From: Alphaproteobacteria bacterium
GTDB taxonomy: Bacteria > Pseudomonadota > Alphaproteobacteria > Micavibrionales > UBA2020
Assembly (NCBI GenBank): GCA_041287865.1
Contig: JBGGMV010000037.1
Coordinates: forward strand, 4,614-68,613
Length of the DNA: 64,000 nucleotides
Direction of reading: 5' to 3'
How positions within the stretch are numbered: the first letter of the stretch is position 1; each line of letters opens with the position of its first letter. The notes under the pieces are model-generated. The model was not told the DNA's origin. It made no database searches and was given only the letters and a program-made list of their open reading frames with translations. Positions 1 through 10,367 of this stretch are shown one piece after another. Position numbers and translations under genes: made by a program.

Positions 1-333
1 AAAGCGCCCTTTTCCATAGCTTTATAGCGTGTTGTAAAGAGTGGCGTTCGGTCAACGAGTTTTGAGGTCTGGTTCGTTTTACCTCCTCCCCTCCGGATGC
101 TTTTCCGCTGGCGGCAGTACTAAACGGACAACGGTGATAACGAGACGACAAGCGATTTAAGTCTTTAAGCAGCGTCCACCCCCTCCCTTTGAGGACGCTC
201 TCTCCCGCAAGGCAGATGGGACGCTTGGTCTAGAACGGATCCGTGCAGGCCTTCTTCAAAACATCGGTGCGCCCTTGTTTCCCCTTTTGTCGCAGGGGGA
301 TGGCAAGGCGGCGCGCCCTATAAGGAATTAAAA
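1..333 (+). promoter_or_regulatory. Long 5' leader / promoter region of rne with predicted hairpins
   Basis: At least 333 nt of non-coding sequence upstream of the rne ATG. Hairpins AGCGTCC(171-177)/GGACGCT(193-199) and CCCCT(281-285)/AGGGG(295-299). RNase E genes are known to carry long autoregulatory leaders, but no specific Rfam family was recognised. Confidence 0.35.
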
Positions 334-3111
334 ATGACAAAGCGCATGCTGATTGATGCCACACATCCCGAGGAAACAAGGGTCGCGGTGGTGACGGGAA
401 GCCGTCTGGATGAATACGATTTTGAAACGGTTGTCAGGAAACAGCTTAAAGGCAACATCTACCTGGTAAAGGTAACAAGGGTCGAGCCCTCGCTGCAGGC
501 CGCCTTCGTCGACTTCGGCGGAAACCGCCACGGCTTCCTGCCCTTCCCCGAAATTCACCCCGATTATTACCGCATCCCGATCGCCGACCGCGAGGCCCTG
601 CTGGCCGAGGAACGCGCGCTGGCCGCAGAACAAGCCGCCCGCGAGGACGAGGAAGACGCAGCCGAGCTGGCAGCCCAAGGCCAGAGCATCGAGGATTTCG
701 ATGACGAGGAAGAAGACGGCACCGAAGACGAAGCCAATGCCGCGGCCGACGACTATGTGCCGAAGCACACCGGCTCGATCGCCGAGGAAATCGCGCGCGA
801 CGGCGTCATCTCCGAGCCCGAAGAAGACAACGACGAGGAAGAGGCTTCTTCCGAAACGTCATCTGAAGAACAGCATCCCGCCCCGCAGGAAAGCGCGCTC
901 AGCGAAGGCGCTGCACCGGCCTCCGAAGGCGGCGAACAGCCCGCACCCGAAAAAGACGATGTCGAAACCGTCGGCGGCGACGCTGTCGAACAGCCCGTCT
1001 ACCGCTCCAGCATCAAGCGCCGCTACAAGATCCAGGAAGTGATCAAGCGCAACCAGATCATGCTCATCCAGATCGCCAAGGAAGAGCGCGGCAACAAGGG
1101 AGCGGCCGTCACCTCTTATATCTCGCTCCCCGGCCGCTATTGCGTGCTGATGCCGAACAGCCCCCGTGGCGGCGGCGTGTCGCGCAAGGTTTCCAATGCA
1201 AAAGACCGCCAGCGCCTGAAGAAAATCCTGATCGAGCTGAACGTGCCGGAAGGCATGTCGGTGATCCTGCGCACCGCGGGCGTTTCCCGCTCGAAGGCCG
1301 AGATCAAGCGCGACCTCGACTACCTGCTGCGCCTCTGGGACCAGATCCGCGAACTCACCCTGCAATCGACCGCACCCGCGCTGATCTACGAAGAAGGCAA
1401 TCTGATCAAGCGTGCGATCCGCGACCTTTACCGCCGCGAGATCGACGAAGTGCATGTGGCCGGCGAAGAAGCCTACAAGACCGCGCATGATTTCATGCGC
1501 ACGCTGATGCCCAGCCACGCCTCGCGCATCCAGCACTATACCGACAATTCGATGCCGCTCTTCTTCCGCTATCAGGTGGAGAGCCAGATCGACGAGATCC
1601 ACAGCCCCACCGTGCACCTGAAATCGGGCGGCTATATCGTCATCAACCCGACCGAAGCCATGGTCTCCATCGACGTCAACTCGGGGCGCGCCACCAAGGG
1701 CAGGCACATCGAGGAAACGGCGCTGAAAACCAACCTTGAAGCGGCAGACGAAGTGGCCCGCCAGTTGCGCCTGCGCGACCAGGGCGGCCTGATCGTCATC
1801 GACTTCATCGACATGGAAGACAAGCGCAACAACCGCATTGTGGAGCGCCGTTTGCGCGACGCGATGCAGCATGACCGCGCGCGCATCCAGCTGGGCCGCA
1901 TTTCGGCCTTCGGCCTGCTTGAACTGTCACGCCAGCGCCTGCACCCGTCGCTGGTCGAAACCAACTTCGAGACCTGCAAGCACTGCAACGGCGCCGGCCT
2001 TGTCCGCACCGTGGAAACGACCGGCGTGATGATTTTGCGCTCGCTGGAAGAAGAATGCATGCGCGCGAAATCGTCGGAGATCCGCATCACGGCTCCGGCA
2101 GCCATCGCGCTCTATCTCTTCAACCACAAGCGCGAAATGCTCTCGGTCCTCGAGAAACGTTATAGCGTGAAGGTCTCGGTCAGCGTCGACGATACTCTCG
2201 TGAAGCCGAACTTCCAGATCGAGGGCGTGAAATCGCTGCATGAACGCGCGGACAACCGTCCGCGCCGTCCGGCACCGGTGCAGACCGTCGATATGTCGGA
2301 CCTGCCGGACATTCCCGAAGACCAGATCACCGACGATTCAACCGTCGCTGACGACAGCCGCTTTGAAGACGAAGGCGGCGACGCTGGAGATCGCGGCGAT
2401 CGCGGCGGACGTCACCACCATCACGGTGGTGGTGGCGGCGGCGGTGGTGGACGTGACCGCGGTGGCTTTGGCGACGACGGTGGCCGCAGACGCGGACGCC
2501 GTGGCGGCAAGCGCCGTGGCGGACGCCATCGTGACGGCGACCGCAACTTCGGCGATCGCGGCGGACGCCCCCATCATGGCGGCCAGGGTGGCGGCCAAGG
2601 CGGCCATCATCACGGCGGTGGTGAAGGCGGCGGCGAAGCTTTCCCGCAGGATGCAGAACAACCCGTCTTTGCAGGCGCCAGCGACCCTCAGGGCGAAGGC
2701 TTCCAGCCCTCCGCCGAAGGCCAGCCCGCTGAAGGCGGCCATCAGGGCGGTGGACATCATCAAGGTGGCGAACGTGGCGACCGTAACCGTGGCGGCAGAC
2801 GCCGCGGCGGACGTGGCCGCGGACGCGACCGTAACCGTGGCGGCGACCGCCATGGCGGCCAGCGTCACGGCCAGCACGGCGGCGGGCATCATCAGGGTGG
2901 CGGCGAAGGCGGCCAACCCTCGGGCGATACCGGCGGCGGCAACGAGAGCTTCAACAACGCGCCGCAGGGCGGTAACGATTCCCCTCCCCCGCGCCGCGAA
3001 TACAGCGCGCCGCAGGACAGCGGCAATTCCATGCCCGAAGCAGCCAACGAAGGCGGCGGCGACGGTGACGGAAAAAACCGCAAGGGCTGGTGGAAGCGTT
3101 TGACCGAGTAA
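334..3111 (+). CDS. rne: Ribonuclease E
   Basis: 925-aa ORF. The N-terminus MTKRMLIDATHPEETRVAVV and the S1/DNase-I-like catalytic core are typical of RNase E/G. There is an acidic insertion near aa 88-215. The C-terminal Arg/Gly/His-rich disordered tail ends in KGWWKRLTE. Confidence 0.95.
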   Translation: MTKRMLIDATHPEETRVAVVTGSRLDEYDFETVVRKQLKGNIYLVKVTRVEPSLQAAFVDFGGNRHGFLPFPEIHPDYYRIPIADREALLAEERALAAEQAAREDEEDAAELAAQGQSIEDFDDEEEDGTEDEANAAADDYVPKHTGSIAEEIARDGVISEPEEDNDEEEASSETSSEEQHPAPQESALSEGAAPASEGGEQPAPEKDDVETVGGDAVEQPVYRSSIKRRYKIQEVIKRNQIMLIQIAKEERGNKGAAVTSYISLPGRYCVLMPNSPRGGGVSRKVSNAKDRQRLKKILIELNVPEGMSVILRTAGVSRSKAEIKRDLDYLLRLWDQIRELTLQSTAPALIYEEGNLIKRAIRDLYRREIDEVHVAGEEAYKTAHDFMRTLMPSHASRIQHYTDNSMPLFFRYQVESQIDEIHSPTVHLKSGGYIVINPTEAMVSIDVNSGRATKGRHIEETALKTNLEAADEVARQLRLRDQGGLIVIDFIDMEDKRNNRIVERRLRDAMQHDRARIQLGRISAFGLLELSRQRLHPSLVETNFETCKHCNGAGLVRTVETTGVMILRSLEEECMRAKSSEIRITAPAAIALYLFNHKREMLSVLEKRYSVKVSVSVDDTLVKPNFQIEGVKSLHERADNRPRRPAPVQTVDMSDLPDIPEDQITDDSTVADDSRFEDEGGDAGDRGDRGGRHHHHGGGGGGGGGRDRGGFGDDGGRRRGRRGGKRRGGRHRDGDRNFGDRGGRPHHGGQGGGQGGHHHGGGEGGGEAFPQDAEQPVFAGASDPQGEGFQPSAEGQPAEGGHQGGGHHQGGERGDRNRGGRRRGGRGRGRDRNRGGDRHGGQRHGQHGGGHHQGGGEGGQPSGDTGGGNESFNNAPQGGNDSPPPRREYSAPQDSGNSMPEAANEGGGDGDGKNRKGWWKRLTE

Positions 3112-3130
3112 GTCAACAATCGCTCAACAA

Positions 3131-3167
3131 AAAACCGGAAGCGGCCAAAGCTCTTCCGGTTTTTTTG
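3131..3167. terminator. Bidirectional rho-independent terminator between convergent rne and the sensor kinase gene
   Basis: Stem CCGGAAG (3135-3141) / CTTCCGG (3153-3159), with an A-run on the left and a T-run (3160-3166) on the right. Confidence 0.7.
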
Positions 3168-3180
3168 TGCCTGTCTTTTC

Positions 3181-5556
3181 TTAGGTGCCCGTTTCGGTCT
3201 TCGCGGGCAGCGCGTCGGCTTTCGGCAGCGGCAGCTTGCAAATCACAAACGTACCCGCGCCCTCGCGGCTTTCGATGGCGACATCGCCGCCGTGCAGCTG
3301 GACGATGCTCTTCACCAATGCAAGGCCGAGGCCGGCGCCAGAGCGGCGTTGTGTCTTGCGCGATTGTATCTTCTCGAACGGCGTAAAGACGCGCGCGAGG
3401 TCTTCCGGCGGGATGCCCATGCCGGTGTCGCGCACGCCCAGCAGCACAAAATCGCCTGCGCGCTGCGCCGATATCGTCACGCGGCCGCCGTTGGGTGAAT
3501 AGTTGATGGCGTTGGAAATCAGGTTCAGCAGCACCTGTTTCATGCGCCGTTCGTCCGCCGTGATCGCAAGGCGGTCGTCGGGGCACTGGATGATGATGTC
3601 GAGCCGCTGCTTGCGCGCCCATTCTTCGGTCAGGTGCGCGACCTGTTCGATCAGGCCCTTGACGCGCACTTCGGACGGGTAAAGCTTCAGGTAGCCGGCC
3701 TCGATGGTGGAGAGGTCAAGAATGTCGTTGACGAGCGACACGAGCCGCTGGCCGGCCTCGATCATACTGGTGGTATATTCCAGCTGCCGTTCGTTCAGCT
3801 TGCCGAAGTATTGCTGGTTGAGCATTTCGGCGAAGCCCATGATGGCGTTGAGCGGCGTGCGCAGCTGGTACGAGACGTTGGCCAAAAAGTCTGTTTTCAG
3901 GCGTTCGGCTTCTTCCAGCGCGGCGTTCTTTTCCATCAGCGCCTGTTCGACCTTCACGGTGTCGGTGATGTCAAAATAGGCGTTCAAAATGTTTCCGTCG
4001 GGCAGAGGGACGATGGAATATTCCAGCACTGTGCCGTTGTTACGCTGGATGCGGCCCTTGCGCGGCTCGCGTTCCAGCGCGTTCGCCATGATGACCTGCT
4101 TCATTTCAGGCCAGTCATCGTTTGTGAAAAAGGCCTTGGTGCGCTCGATGATATGCATGATATGGGGCGTGCCCTGCATATCGGCGGCAGGGATGTTCCA
4201 CATCGCGGCGAAGGCCTGGTTTGACAGGCGCACGCGCCCGTCTTCGCCGAACACCGCGATGCCCTCGGCCAGATTGTCCATCGTTTCTTCCTGCACGGCG
4301 ATCAGGGTGTTGTACGATGTTTCCAGTTGCAGGCGCGAGGTGACGTCTTCCAGCGTCAGCAGCAACCCTCCCATGGGGCGCGGCACGACGATCAGGCGCA
4401 TGACCGTGCCGTCGGGCAGGTATTGCATTTCCTCGTAAGGTTCCAGCAATGATGTAAAGCGGTTGACCCAGGCCTGCTTGAACTGCTTGTAATCCGCCTG
4501 TTCTGGTAGCTTGCGCAATTCCCGCATTTTTTCGATGATTTCCGTCATCTTTGGCTTGGCGTCGAGCCAGCTGCCTGTCATGCCGGTCAATTGCTCGTAA
4601 GCGGAGTTGTAGAATTCGAGGCGCGTATCGGCATCGAACATGGCGATGGCCGTGCGCAGCTGTTCCAGCGATTCACGGTGGGAGGTGTTGAGGCGGTCGT
4701 AGGAGGCCGACAGTTCTTCCTCTTTCGTGACGTCGATCGCCACGCCCACCACGCGCTTTTCCTGCGGCAGCGGAATTTCGGTGATTTCGATCAGGCGACG
4801 CTGGCCCTCCACGATCATATGGCCGCGCATCGACTGGGCGGTCAGTTTCGCCAGCGCTTTTTGGGCGAGGACGCGCTGCGTCAGGTCCGCCTTGTTCGCG
4901 CCTGTCATGGGCAGTTCTTTCTGGTCGGCGACAACGGCGGCGCCGGTATCGTCGCAGATTTTCGCGTAAGCCTTGTTGCACCAGGTGATATCAAGCCTGT
5001 GGTTGCGTACCCAGACAGGGAAGGGCAGCGAATTCGCGTTGGTGCGCAATTCCTGTTCGCGCTTTTCCACGGCGGAAATGGCGTCGGAGGCGCGGGTAGC
5101 TGCCGTTGCGAAATCGGTGATATCCATCGCCCAGACGACGCTGAACACTTCCCCGCCCTGCTGCAGCACGCCGCGCTTGCCGAAGATTTTCAGCGCGCGC
5201 TTGCCCGTGGCGGTATGTACCGCAATCTCGAAATGCTCGCCATATTGCTGCAGGCGGTCGTAAAGCCCTTCCAGCGCGGCGGCGTCGCCGGGGGTCAGGC
5301 CCGTTTGCAGGTCGTGGATATCGTCGATGGTATTGACGCCGATCAGGGCCGCGAAGCCGGGCGACATGGCCTGCACGCCGTCCTGGTTCCAGCCGCAGTA
5401 TTCGATGGGGATGGCGCGTAAAAACGCCTCCAGCCGCTCGTTCTGGCGGGTCAGACGCTTCTTGTCCTTGCGGGCGGGGATCAGCGCGTCCAGCAGCCGG
5501 CTGAAAAGCGGCTGCGGTTTGGCGCTGTCCTGTTTTGCGTCGGTTGCGGTCACCAT
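3181..5556 (-). CDS. Multi-PAS sensor histidine kinase (no receiver domain)
   Basis: 791-aa ORF with several PAS-like segments. H-box FLANVSYQLRTPLNAIMGFAEML. C-terminal HATPase_c motifs NLISNAINYSP, RDTGMGI and GAGLGLALVKSIVQLHGG. Confidence 0.85.
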   Translation of the reverse strand: MVTATDAKQDSAKPQPLFSRLLDALIPARKDKKRLTRQNERLEAFLRAIPIEYCGWNQDGVQAMSPGFAALIGVNTIDDIHDLQTGLTPGDAAALEGLYDRLQQYGEHFEIAVHTATGKRALKIFGKRGVLQQGGEVFSVVWAMDITDFATAATRASDAISAVEKREQELRTNANSLPFPVWVRNHRLDITWCNKAYAKICDDTGAAVVADQKELPMTGANKADLTQRVLAQKALAKLTAQSMRGHMIVEGQRRLIEITEIPLPQEKRVVGVAIDVTKEEELSASYDRLNTSHRESLEQLRTAIAMFDADTRLEFYNSAYEQLTGMTGSWLDAKPKMTEIIEKMRELRKLPEQADYKQFKQAWVNRFTSLLEPYEEMQYLPDGTVMRLIVVPRPMGGLLLTLEDVTSRLQLETSYNTLIAVQEETMDNLAEGIAVFGEDGRVRLSNQAFAAMWNIPAADMQGTPHIMHIIERTKAFFTNDDWPEMKQVIMANALEREPRKGRIQRNNGTVLEYSIVPLPDGNILNAYFDITDTVKVEQALMEKNAALEEAERLKTDFLANVSYQLRTPLNAIMGFAEMLNQQYFGKLNERQLEYTTSMIEAGQRLVSLVNDILDLSTIEAGYLKLYPSEVRVKGLIEQVAHLTEEWARKQRLDIIIQCPDDRLAITADERRMKQVLLNLISNAINYSPNGGRVTISAQRAGDFVLLGVRDTGMGIPPEDLARVFTPFEKIQSRKTQRRSGAGLGLALVKSIVQLHGGDVAIESREGAGTFVICKLPLPKADALPAKTETGT

Positions 5557-5564
5557 TTTAATGT

Positions 5565-5600
5565 AAAACGCTTCCCCTGCGGTAACAAGGGAAGCGTTTT
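5565..5600 (-). terminator. Rho-independent terminator downstream of ahcY
   Basis: Perfect 12-bp stem AAAACGCTTCCC / GGGAAGCGTTTT with a 12-nt loop. It lies 9 nt upstream of the kinase start codon, so it may act as a partial terminator or as part of the kinase leader. Confidence 0.65.
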
Positions 5601-5622
5601 AAAATAAAGGCTTAATGCGAGG

Positions 5623-6936
5623 TTAGTAACGATAGTGTCCGGGCTTGAAGGGGCCTTCCTCGTCAATGTCGAGGTACTCGGCCTGCTTTTCCGTAAGCTT
5701 GGTCAGCTTCACGCCGAGTTTCTCGAGGTGCAGGCGCGCGACTTTCTCGTCGAGGTGCTTGGGCAGCACATAGACCTTGTTCTCGTACTTGGCATGATTG
5801 TTCCAGAGCTCGATCTGCGCCAAAACTTGGTTCGTAAAGGACGCCGACATCACAAAGCTCGGGTGGCCGGTGGCGCAGCCGAGGTTCACAAGGCGGCCCT
5901 TGGCCAGCACGATCAGGCGCTTGCCGTCGGGGAAGATGACTTCATCAACCTGCGGCTTCACTTCTTCCAATTTGTAGTTGGAAAGGGCTGCGATCTGGAT
6001 CTCGCTGTCAAAGTGGCCGATGTTGCAGACGATCGCGCGGTCTTTCATCTGGCGCATGTGGTCGAGCGTGATGACGTCGACGTTGCCGGTGGCGGTGACG
6101 AAGATATCGCCCAGCGGCGCGGCGTCTTCCATCGTCACGACCTGATAGCCTTCCATCGCGGCCTGCAGCGCGCAGATGGGGTCGACTTCCGTGACCATGA
6201 CGCGAGCACCTTGTGAGCGGAGCGAAGCGGCGGAGCCTTTGCCCACGTCGCCGTAACCGCAGACGACGCCGACCTTGCCGGCCAGCATCACGTCGGTTGC
6301 GCGCTTGATGCCGTCGACGAGGCTTTCGCGGCAGCCGTAGAGGTTGTCGAATTTCGACTTGGTGACGCTGTCGTTGACGTTGATGGCGGGAACCTTCAGC
6401 GTGCCTTTTTTCTCCATGTCATAGAGGCGATGCACGCCCGTGGTGGTTTCTTCCGACAGGCCCTTCACGTTCTTCATCATCTCGGGATATTTTTCGTGCA
6501 TGATTTTCGTGACGTCGCCGCCATCGTCGAGGATCATGTTGGGAACCCAGCCGTTGGGGCCGCGTAAGGTCTGTTCGATGCACCACCAGAATTCCTCCTC
6601 GTTCATGCCTTTCCAGGCGAAGACGGGAACGCCAGTTGCGGCGATAGCGGCGGCGGCCTGATCCTGCGTCGAGAAGATGTTGCAGGACGACCAGCGCACT
6701 TCGGCGCCGAGCGACGTCAGGGTTTCGATCAGCACAGCCGTTTGAATGGTCATGTGCAGGCAGCCGACGATGCGGGCGCCTTTCAGCGGGCTTTTGCCCT
6801 TGAATTCCGTGCGCAGCGCCATCAGGCCCGGCATTTCAGTTTCGGCGATGGCGATTTCCTTGCGGCCCCAGTCGGCGAGGCTCATGTCTTTTACCTTGAA
6901 GTCGCCCGAAGTTGTTTTTGCTTGTGCCACGGCCAT
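5623..6936 (-). CDS. ahcY: Adenosylhomocysteinase
   Basis: 437-aa ORF. NAD-binding [12 protein letters not shown], the [10 protein letters not shown] motif and the C-terminal KPGHYRY are typical of S-adenosyl-L-homocysteine hydrolase. Confidence 0.95.
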   Translation of the reverse strand: MAVAQAKTTSGDFKVKDMSLADWGRKEIAIAETEMPGLMALRTEFKGKSPLKGARIVGCLHMTIQTAVLIETLTSLGAEVRWSSCNIFSTQDQAAAAIAATGVPVFAWKGMNEEEFWWCIEQTLRGPNGWVPNMILDDGGDVTKIMHEKYPEMMKNVKGLSEETTTGVHRLYDMEKKGTLKVPAINVNDSVTKSKFDNLYGCRESLVDGIKRATDVMLAGKVGVVCGYGDVGKGSAASLRSQGARVMVTEVDPICALQAAMEGYQVVTMEDAAPLGDIFVTATGNVDVITLDHMRQMKDRAIVCNIGHFDSEIQIAALSNYKLEEVKPQVDEVIFPDGKRLIVLAKGRLVNLGCATGHPSFVMSASFTNQVLAQIELWNNHAKYENKVYVLPKHLDEKVARLHLEKLGVKLTKLTEKQAEYLDIDEEGPFKPGHYRY

Positions 6937-7007
6937 TGCCTGCTCCTGTTAGAGTGTTAATAAACTGGCCTTAAAATAGGCATAAAACAGGCGTTTTTCA
7001 AGCTGAT

Positions 7008-8759
7008 TCAGGGCCTGAATTGGGCCACAATCGCGATTATTTTGGCAGGTTCGTATTGGCTCATGACATGCCGCGCATGTTCTTCGGCCTGTTCTAGCGA
7101 TATGGCGCGGATTCGCTCCTTCACGCGCGGGAGAGAGGCGTAACCGATGGAGAATTCACGGATGCCAAGGCCCAGCAGCAGGGCCGTATATTTCGGGTCC
7201 GCCCCCATTTCACCGCAGATGCTGATGGGAATGCCCATGCGCTTCGCAGCCTCAATGGCGAACTCCATCAGGCGCAGCACGGCGGGGTTCAAAGGGTTAT
7301 AGAGCGCGGCCACCTGATCATTCCCGCGGTCGATAGCGACTGTGTACTGCGTCAGGTCGTTCGTGCCGAGCGCGAAGAAATCGGAGACAGCCGCAAGGCC
7401 ATCGGCCGAGAGCGCCGCCGCCGGTATCTCGATCATCGTGCCGAGCGGCGGGGTTTTGGCCGGAATGGCGGCTTTTTCGGTTTGCAATTCCTTGTAGCAG
7501 GTCTTGAGGATTTTCCGCGCCTGCTCCACCTCCTCCGCTGTCGTCACCATTGGCAGCAGGATTTTGACAGGGCCCAGCGCAGCCGCGCGTAAAATAGCGC
7601 GGAACTGGGTTTTCAGCAGATGCGGTTCTTTTAACTGCAACCGTATGGCGCGCAACCCCAGCGCGGGGTTCGCCGCATCGGCCAGATATTCGCCGACCGA
7701 TTTCGCCAGCTTATCGCCGCCGATGTCGAGCGTGCGGAAGGTGACGGGCTGCCCCTGCATCTGGCGCACGATATCGGCCATGGCCTCGAACTGTTCGTCC
7801 TCCGACGGCAGGGTCGAGCGGTTCATGAATAAAAATTCGGTGCGGTAAAGGCCGATGCCTTCCGCGCCCGAAGCTTTAATGGCTTCGGATTCACGCGGAA
7901 TTTCGAGGTTGGCGCGCAAGATCACCCGCGTGCCATCCTTTGTCACGGCGGCTTCGGCCGACAGCGCCTCCAGCGCCTCGCGGTCCTTCAGCAGCTGTGC
8001 GCGTTTGGCAGCGTAAATTTCCAGCGTGGCAGGCGTGGGATTGAGGATAAGCTTGCCTTCGATACCGTCGACAATCGCGGTATGGCCGTGCACGCCGCTT
8101 TCCAGCATCGCGGCATCGACCCCCAGCACGGCGGCAAGGCCAAGGCTGCGCGCCATCACCGCCGTATGGCCGGCAGCGCCGCCATGAACGGTCGCAAGGC
8201 CCGCAAAGCGACGCGGGTCGAGCAGCGCGGTATCAGCCGGCGAAATTTCACGCGCCAGCACGATACCTCCCGGCGGCACGGAATCAAGGGATATATAAGG
8301 AAGATCAAGCAGCGCCCGCATTAAACGATTACCCACCGCCTCGACATCGTCGATGCGCGTAGCGATATAATTGTCCTTCAGCGCGCGGAATTGTTCGGCC
8401 AGATCGCGCATGACCATGTCGAGCGCCCATTCGGCGTTGATACCCTCGTCCGCGATTTTCTTGAGCGCGCCGCGCACAAGGCGTGAGCCGGAGATCATGG
8501 CAAGGTGCGCATCCAGCAGCAGCGACACTTCCTCGACCGCCGTGTCGGGCAGGGAGAGCGATTTTTCCTTGAGGTCGATCAATTCCTGCCGCACGCGGGC
8601 GACGGCGGCCTCGAACCGTTTTTGCTCGGCGGGCGCGTCGGAAGGCTCTATCTTGCGCTGCGGAGCCTTGGGCTTTTCAAGCTGGACAAGGTAGGCGGGG
8701 CCCGACGCGATGCCATGCGAAACGCCGATGCCGGTGAAGATAACCTCGCCCTGCATCAT
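7008..8759 (-). CDS. ptsI: Phosphoenolpyruvate-protein phosphotransferase (PTS enzyme I, no GAF domain)
   Basis: 583-aa ORF. Phosphohistidine region GGAAGHTAVMARSLG and PEP-utilising C-terminal barrel (FFALGTNDLTQY). At this length there is no room for the N-terminal GAF domain of PtsP. Confidence 0.9.
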   Translation of the reverse strand: MMQGEVIFTGIGVSHGIASGPAYLVQLEKPKAPQRKIEPSDAPAEQKRFEAAVARVRQELIDLKEKSLSLPDTAVEEVSLLLDAHLAMISGSRLVRGALKKIADEGINAEWALDMVMRDLAEQFRALKDNYIATRIDDVEAVGNRLMRALLDLPYISLDSVPPGGIVLAREISPADTALLDPRRFAGLATVHGGAAGHTAVMARSLGLAAVLGVDAAMLESGVHGHTAIVDGIEGKLILNPTPATLEIYAAKRAQLLKDREALEALSAEAAVTKDGTRVILRANLEIPRESEAIKASGAEGIGLYRTEFLFMNRSTLPSEDEQFEAMADIVRQMQGQPVTFRTLDIGGDKLAKSVGEYLADAANPALGLRAIRLQLKEPHLLKTQFRAILRAAALGPVKILLPMVTTAEEVEQARKILKTCYKELQTEKAAIPAKTPPLGTMIEIPAAALSADGLAAVSDFFALGTNDLTQYTVAIDRGNDQVAALYNPLNPAVLRLMEFAIEAAKRMGIPISICGEMGADPKYTALLLGLGIREFSIGYASLPRVKERIRAISLEQAEEHARHVMSQYEPAKIIAIVAQFRP

Positions 8760-9031
8760 TCATCCTCGTCGAAGCGGCGTTCGATCAGGCCTGATAATTC
8801 GCTCAGGGCCGCATCAGCGCCCTCGCCCGACACGCGGATAACCACCGCGGTGTTCTGGCTGGCAGAGAGCATCAACAGGCCCATGATAGAGGTGCCGCAG
8901 ACGTCCATATCGTCTTTCAGCACGCGGATGTCGGCCTTATGCGTTTCGGCCAGCTTGACGAATTTCGCCGCCGCGCGGGCGTGAAGGCCGCGCTTGTTCA
9001 CAATCTTGACGGTTTTTTCGAGCGGCTGCAT
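8756..9031 (-). CDS. ptsH: HPr-family phosphocarrier protein
   Basis: 91 aa. VKIVNKRGLHARAAAKFV contains the active-site His. Its stop overlaps the ptsI start by 4 nt. Confidence 0.9.
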   Translation of the reverse strand: MQPLEKTVKIVNKRGLHARAAAKFVKLAETHKADIRVLKDDMDVCGTSIMGLLMLSASQNTAVVIRVSGEGADAALSELSGLIERRFDEDE

Positions 9032-9432
9032 CAGCCGGCTTGCAGCAGCGCCGAGGCGGCGTTGATGTATTTGCGGCCCGCTTCCTGACCCGAGAGCGCG
9101 GCCTGCGCCAGCGTTTCGGTCTGGCGCACGCTGGCCAGTTTGATCAGCATCGGCAGGTTGATGCCCGCCAGCGCCTCGACCTTCTTGTCCTCGGTGATCG
9201 AGATGGCGAGGTTGGAAGGCGTGCCGCCGAACATGTCGGTCAAAATTAAAACGCCCTTACCGCTGTCGACATCTTTCACCTTGGCGACAATTTCGAGCCG
9301 CTTTTTTTCCATGTCGTCGTCGGGGCCCATGCAGACGGCGGCCACCTGTTTTTGCGGGCCGACGATATGCTCCATCACGCTGATGAATTCTTCGGCCAGG
9401 CGGCCGTGGGTGACGAGAACTAAGCCGATCAT
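9031..9432 (-). CDS. PTS EIIA component, mannose/fructose family
   Basis: 133 aa. MIGLVLVTHGRLAEEF carries the phosphorylatable His, and LTDMFGGTPSN is also present. It overlaps neighbouring genes at both ends. Confidence 0.85.
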   Translation of the reverse strand: MIGLVLVTHGRLAEEFISVMEHIVGPQKQVAAVCMGPDDDMEKKRLEIVAKVKDVDSGKGVLILTDMFGGTPSNLAISITEDKKVEALAGINLPMLIKLASVRQTETLAQAALSGQEAGRKYINAASALLQAG

Positions 9433-10367
9433 GCTATTTTCCTTTGCTTTCTTCTTGAAATGGAATGGCCATGCGCTGTCTGCAAGCGCGCAGCGGGATC
9501 TTTTTCGAGGTCGCGATGGCGCACCGCCGTGCTGAATCCGCGCTTGCTAACCCAGCGATGCAATTCTTCCGCCACGCACACGGAGCGATGCCGCCCGCCG
9601 GTGCAGCCGACGGCGACAGTGAGATAATTTTTGCCTTCGTTGATATAACGCGGCAATAGCGGCGCGAGGAGTTTCGTTACGCCGGTATAGAAACCTTTAT
9701 AGGCCTTGTCCGATCGCACTTTTTTGGCAACGGCGGGATCAAGCCCCGAGAGCGGGCGCAGGTGTGCATCCCAATGCGGGTTATGCAGGAAACGCACGTC
9801 GAAAACCAGATCGGCCTCACGCGGGATGCCATTCTTGAATCCGAAGGAGGTCACGAAAACAAAGAGCCCTTTTTCCTGCTCCAGCTGGAAGTAACTCGCC
9901 ATGATGCGGCGAAGTTCAAACGCCTTGAGGTCGGAGGTGTCGATCACATGCCCTGCGGCGCGACGCAAGGGTGTCATCAATTGCCGCTCGCGGATCACGC
10001 CGTCCGATACGGGACGGTCGACCGCCAATGGATGCACACGGCGCGTTTCGGTATAGCGCTGCTGTAAAATACTGTCCTGACAGTTGATAAAGACCAGCTC
10101 GGCCTGCAGCGATTTGTCTTTTTTCAGCTTATCCATCTGCTTCAGCAGCGCGGCGGGCGTGAAATCCCATGTGCGGCTGTCGATGCCGATGGCGATAGGG
10201 GTTCCCTGCCCCTGTTTTTGCCTGAGCAGCGCATCTACCAGCCCGAGCGGCAGGTTGTCGATCGCCTTGTAGCCAAGGTCTTCGAGTGATTTGAGAGCAG
10301 TCGACAGCCCCGCACCGGACAGGCCCGTCACCACCAATACGCGGCGCTTTGCGGGCTTGCGGGCCAT
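9429..10367 (-). CDS. rapZ: RNase adapter protein RapZ (YhbJ family)
   Basis: 312 aa. Walker A VTGLSGAGLSTALK and the C-terminal GCTGGRHRSV motif. Confidence 0.9.
   Translation of the reverse strand: MARKPAKRRVLVVTGLSGAGLSTALKSLEDLGYKAIDNLPLGLVDALLRQKQGQGTPIAIGIDSRTWDFTPAALLKQMDKLKKDKSLQAELVFINCQDSILQQRYTETRRVHPLAVDRPVSDGVIRERQLMTPLRRAAGHVIDTSDLKAFELRRIMASYFQLEQEKGLFVFVTSFGFKNGIPREADLVFDVRFLHNPHWDAHLRPLSGLDPAVAKKVRSDKAYKGFYTGVTKLLAPLLPRYINEGKNYLTVAVGCTGGRHRSVCVAEELHRWVSKRGFSTAVRHRDLEKDPAARLQTAHGHSISRRKQRKIA

Noticed and set aside
859-3103. Several long alternative-frame and antisense ORFs inside rne (859-1872 minus, 2240-3103 plus, 2338-2916 minus)
   Set aside because: They overlap the RNase E coding frame. 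The ones in the 3' part simply re-read the Gly/Arg/His codon repeats as poly-Ala/Thr/Val.
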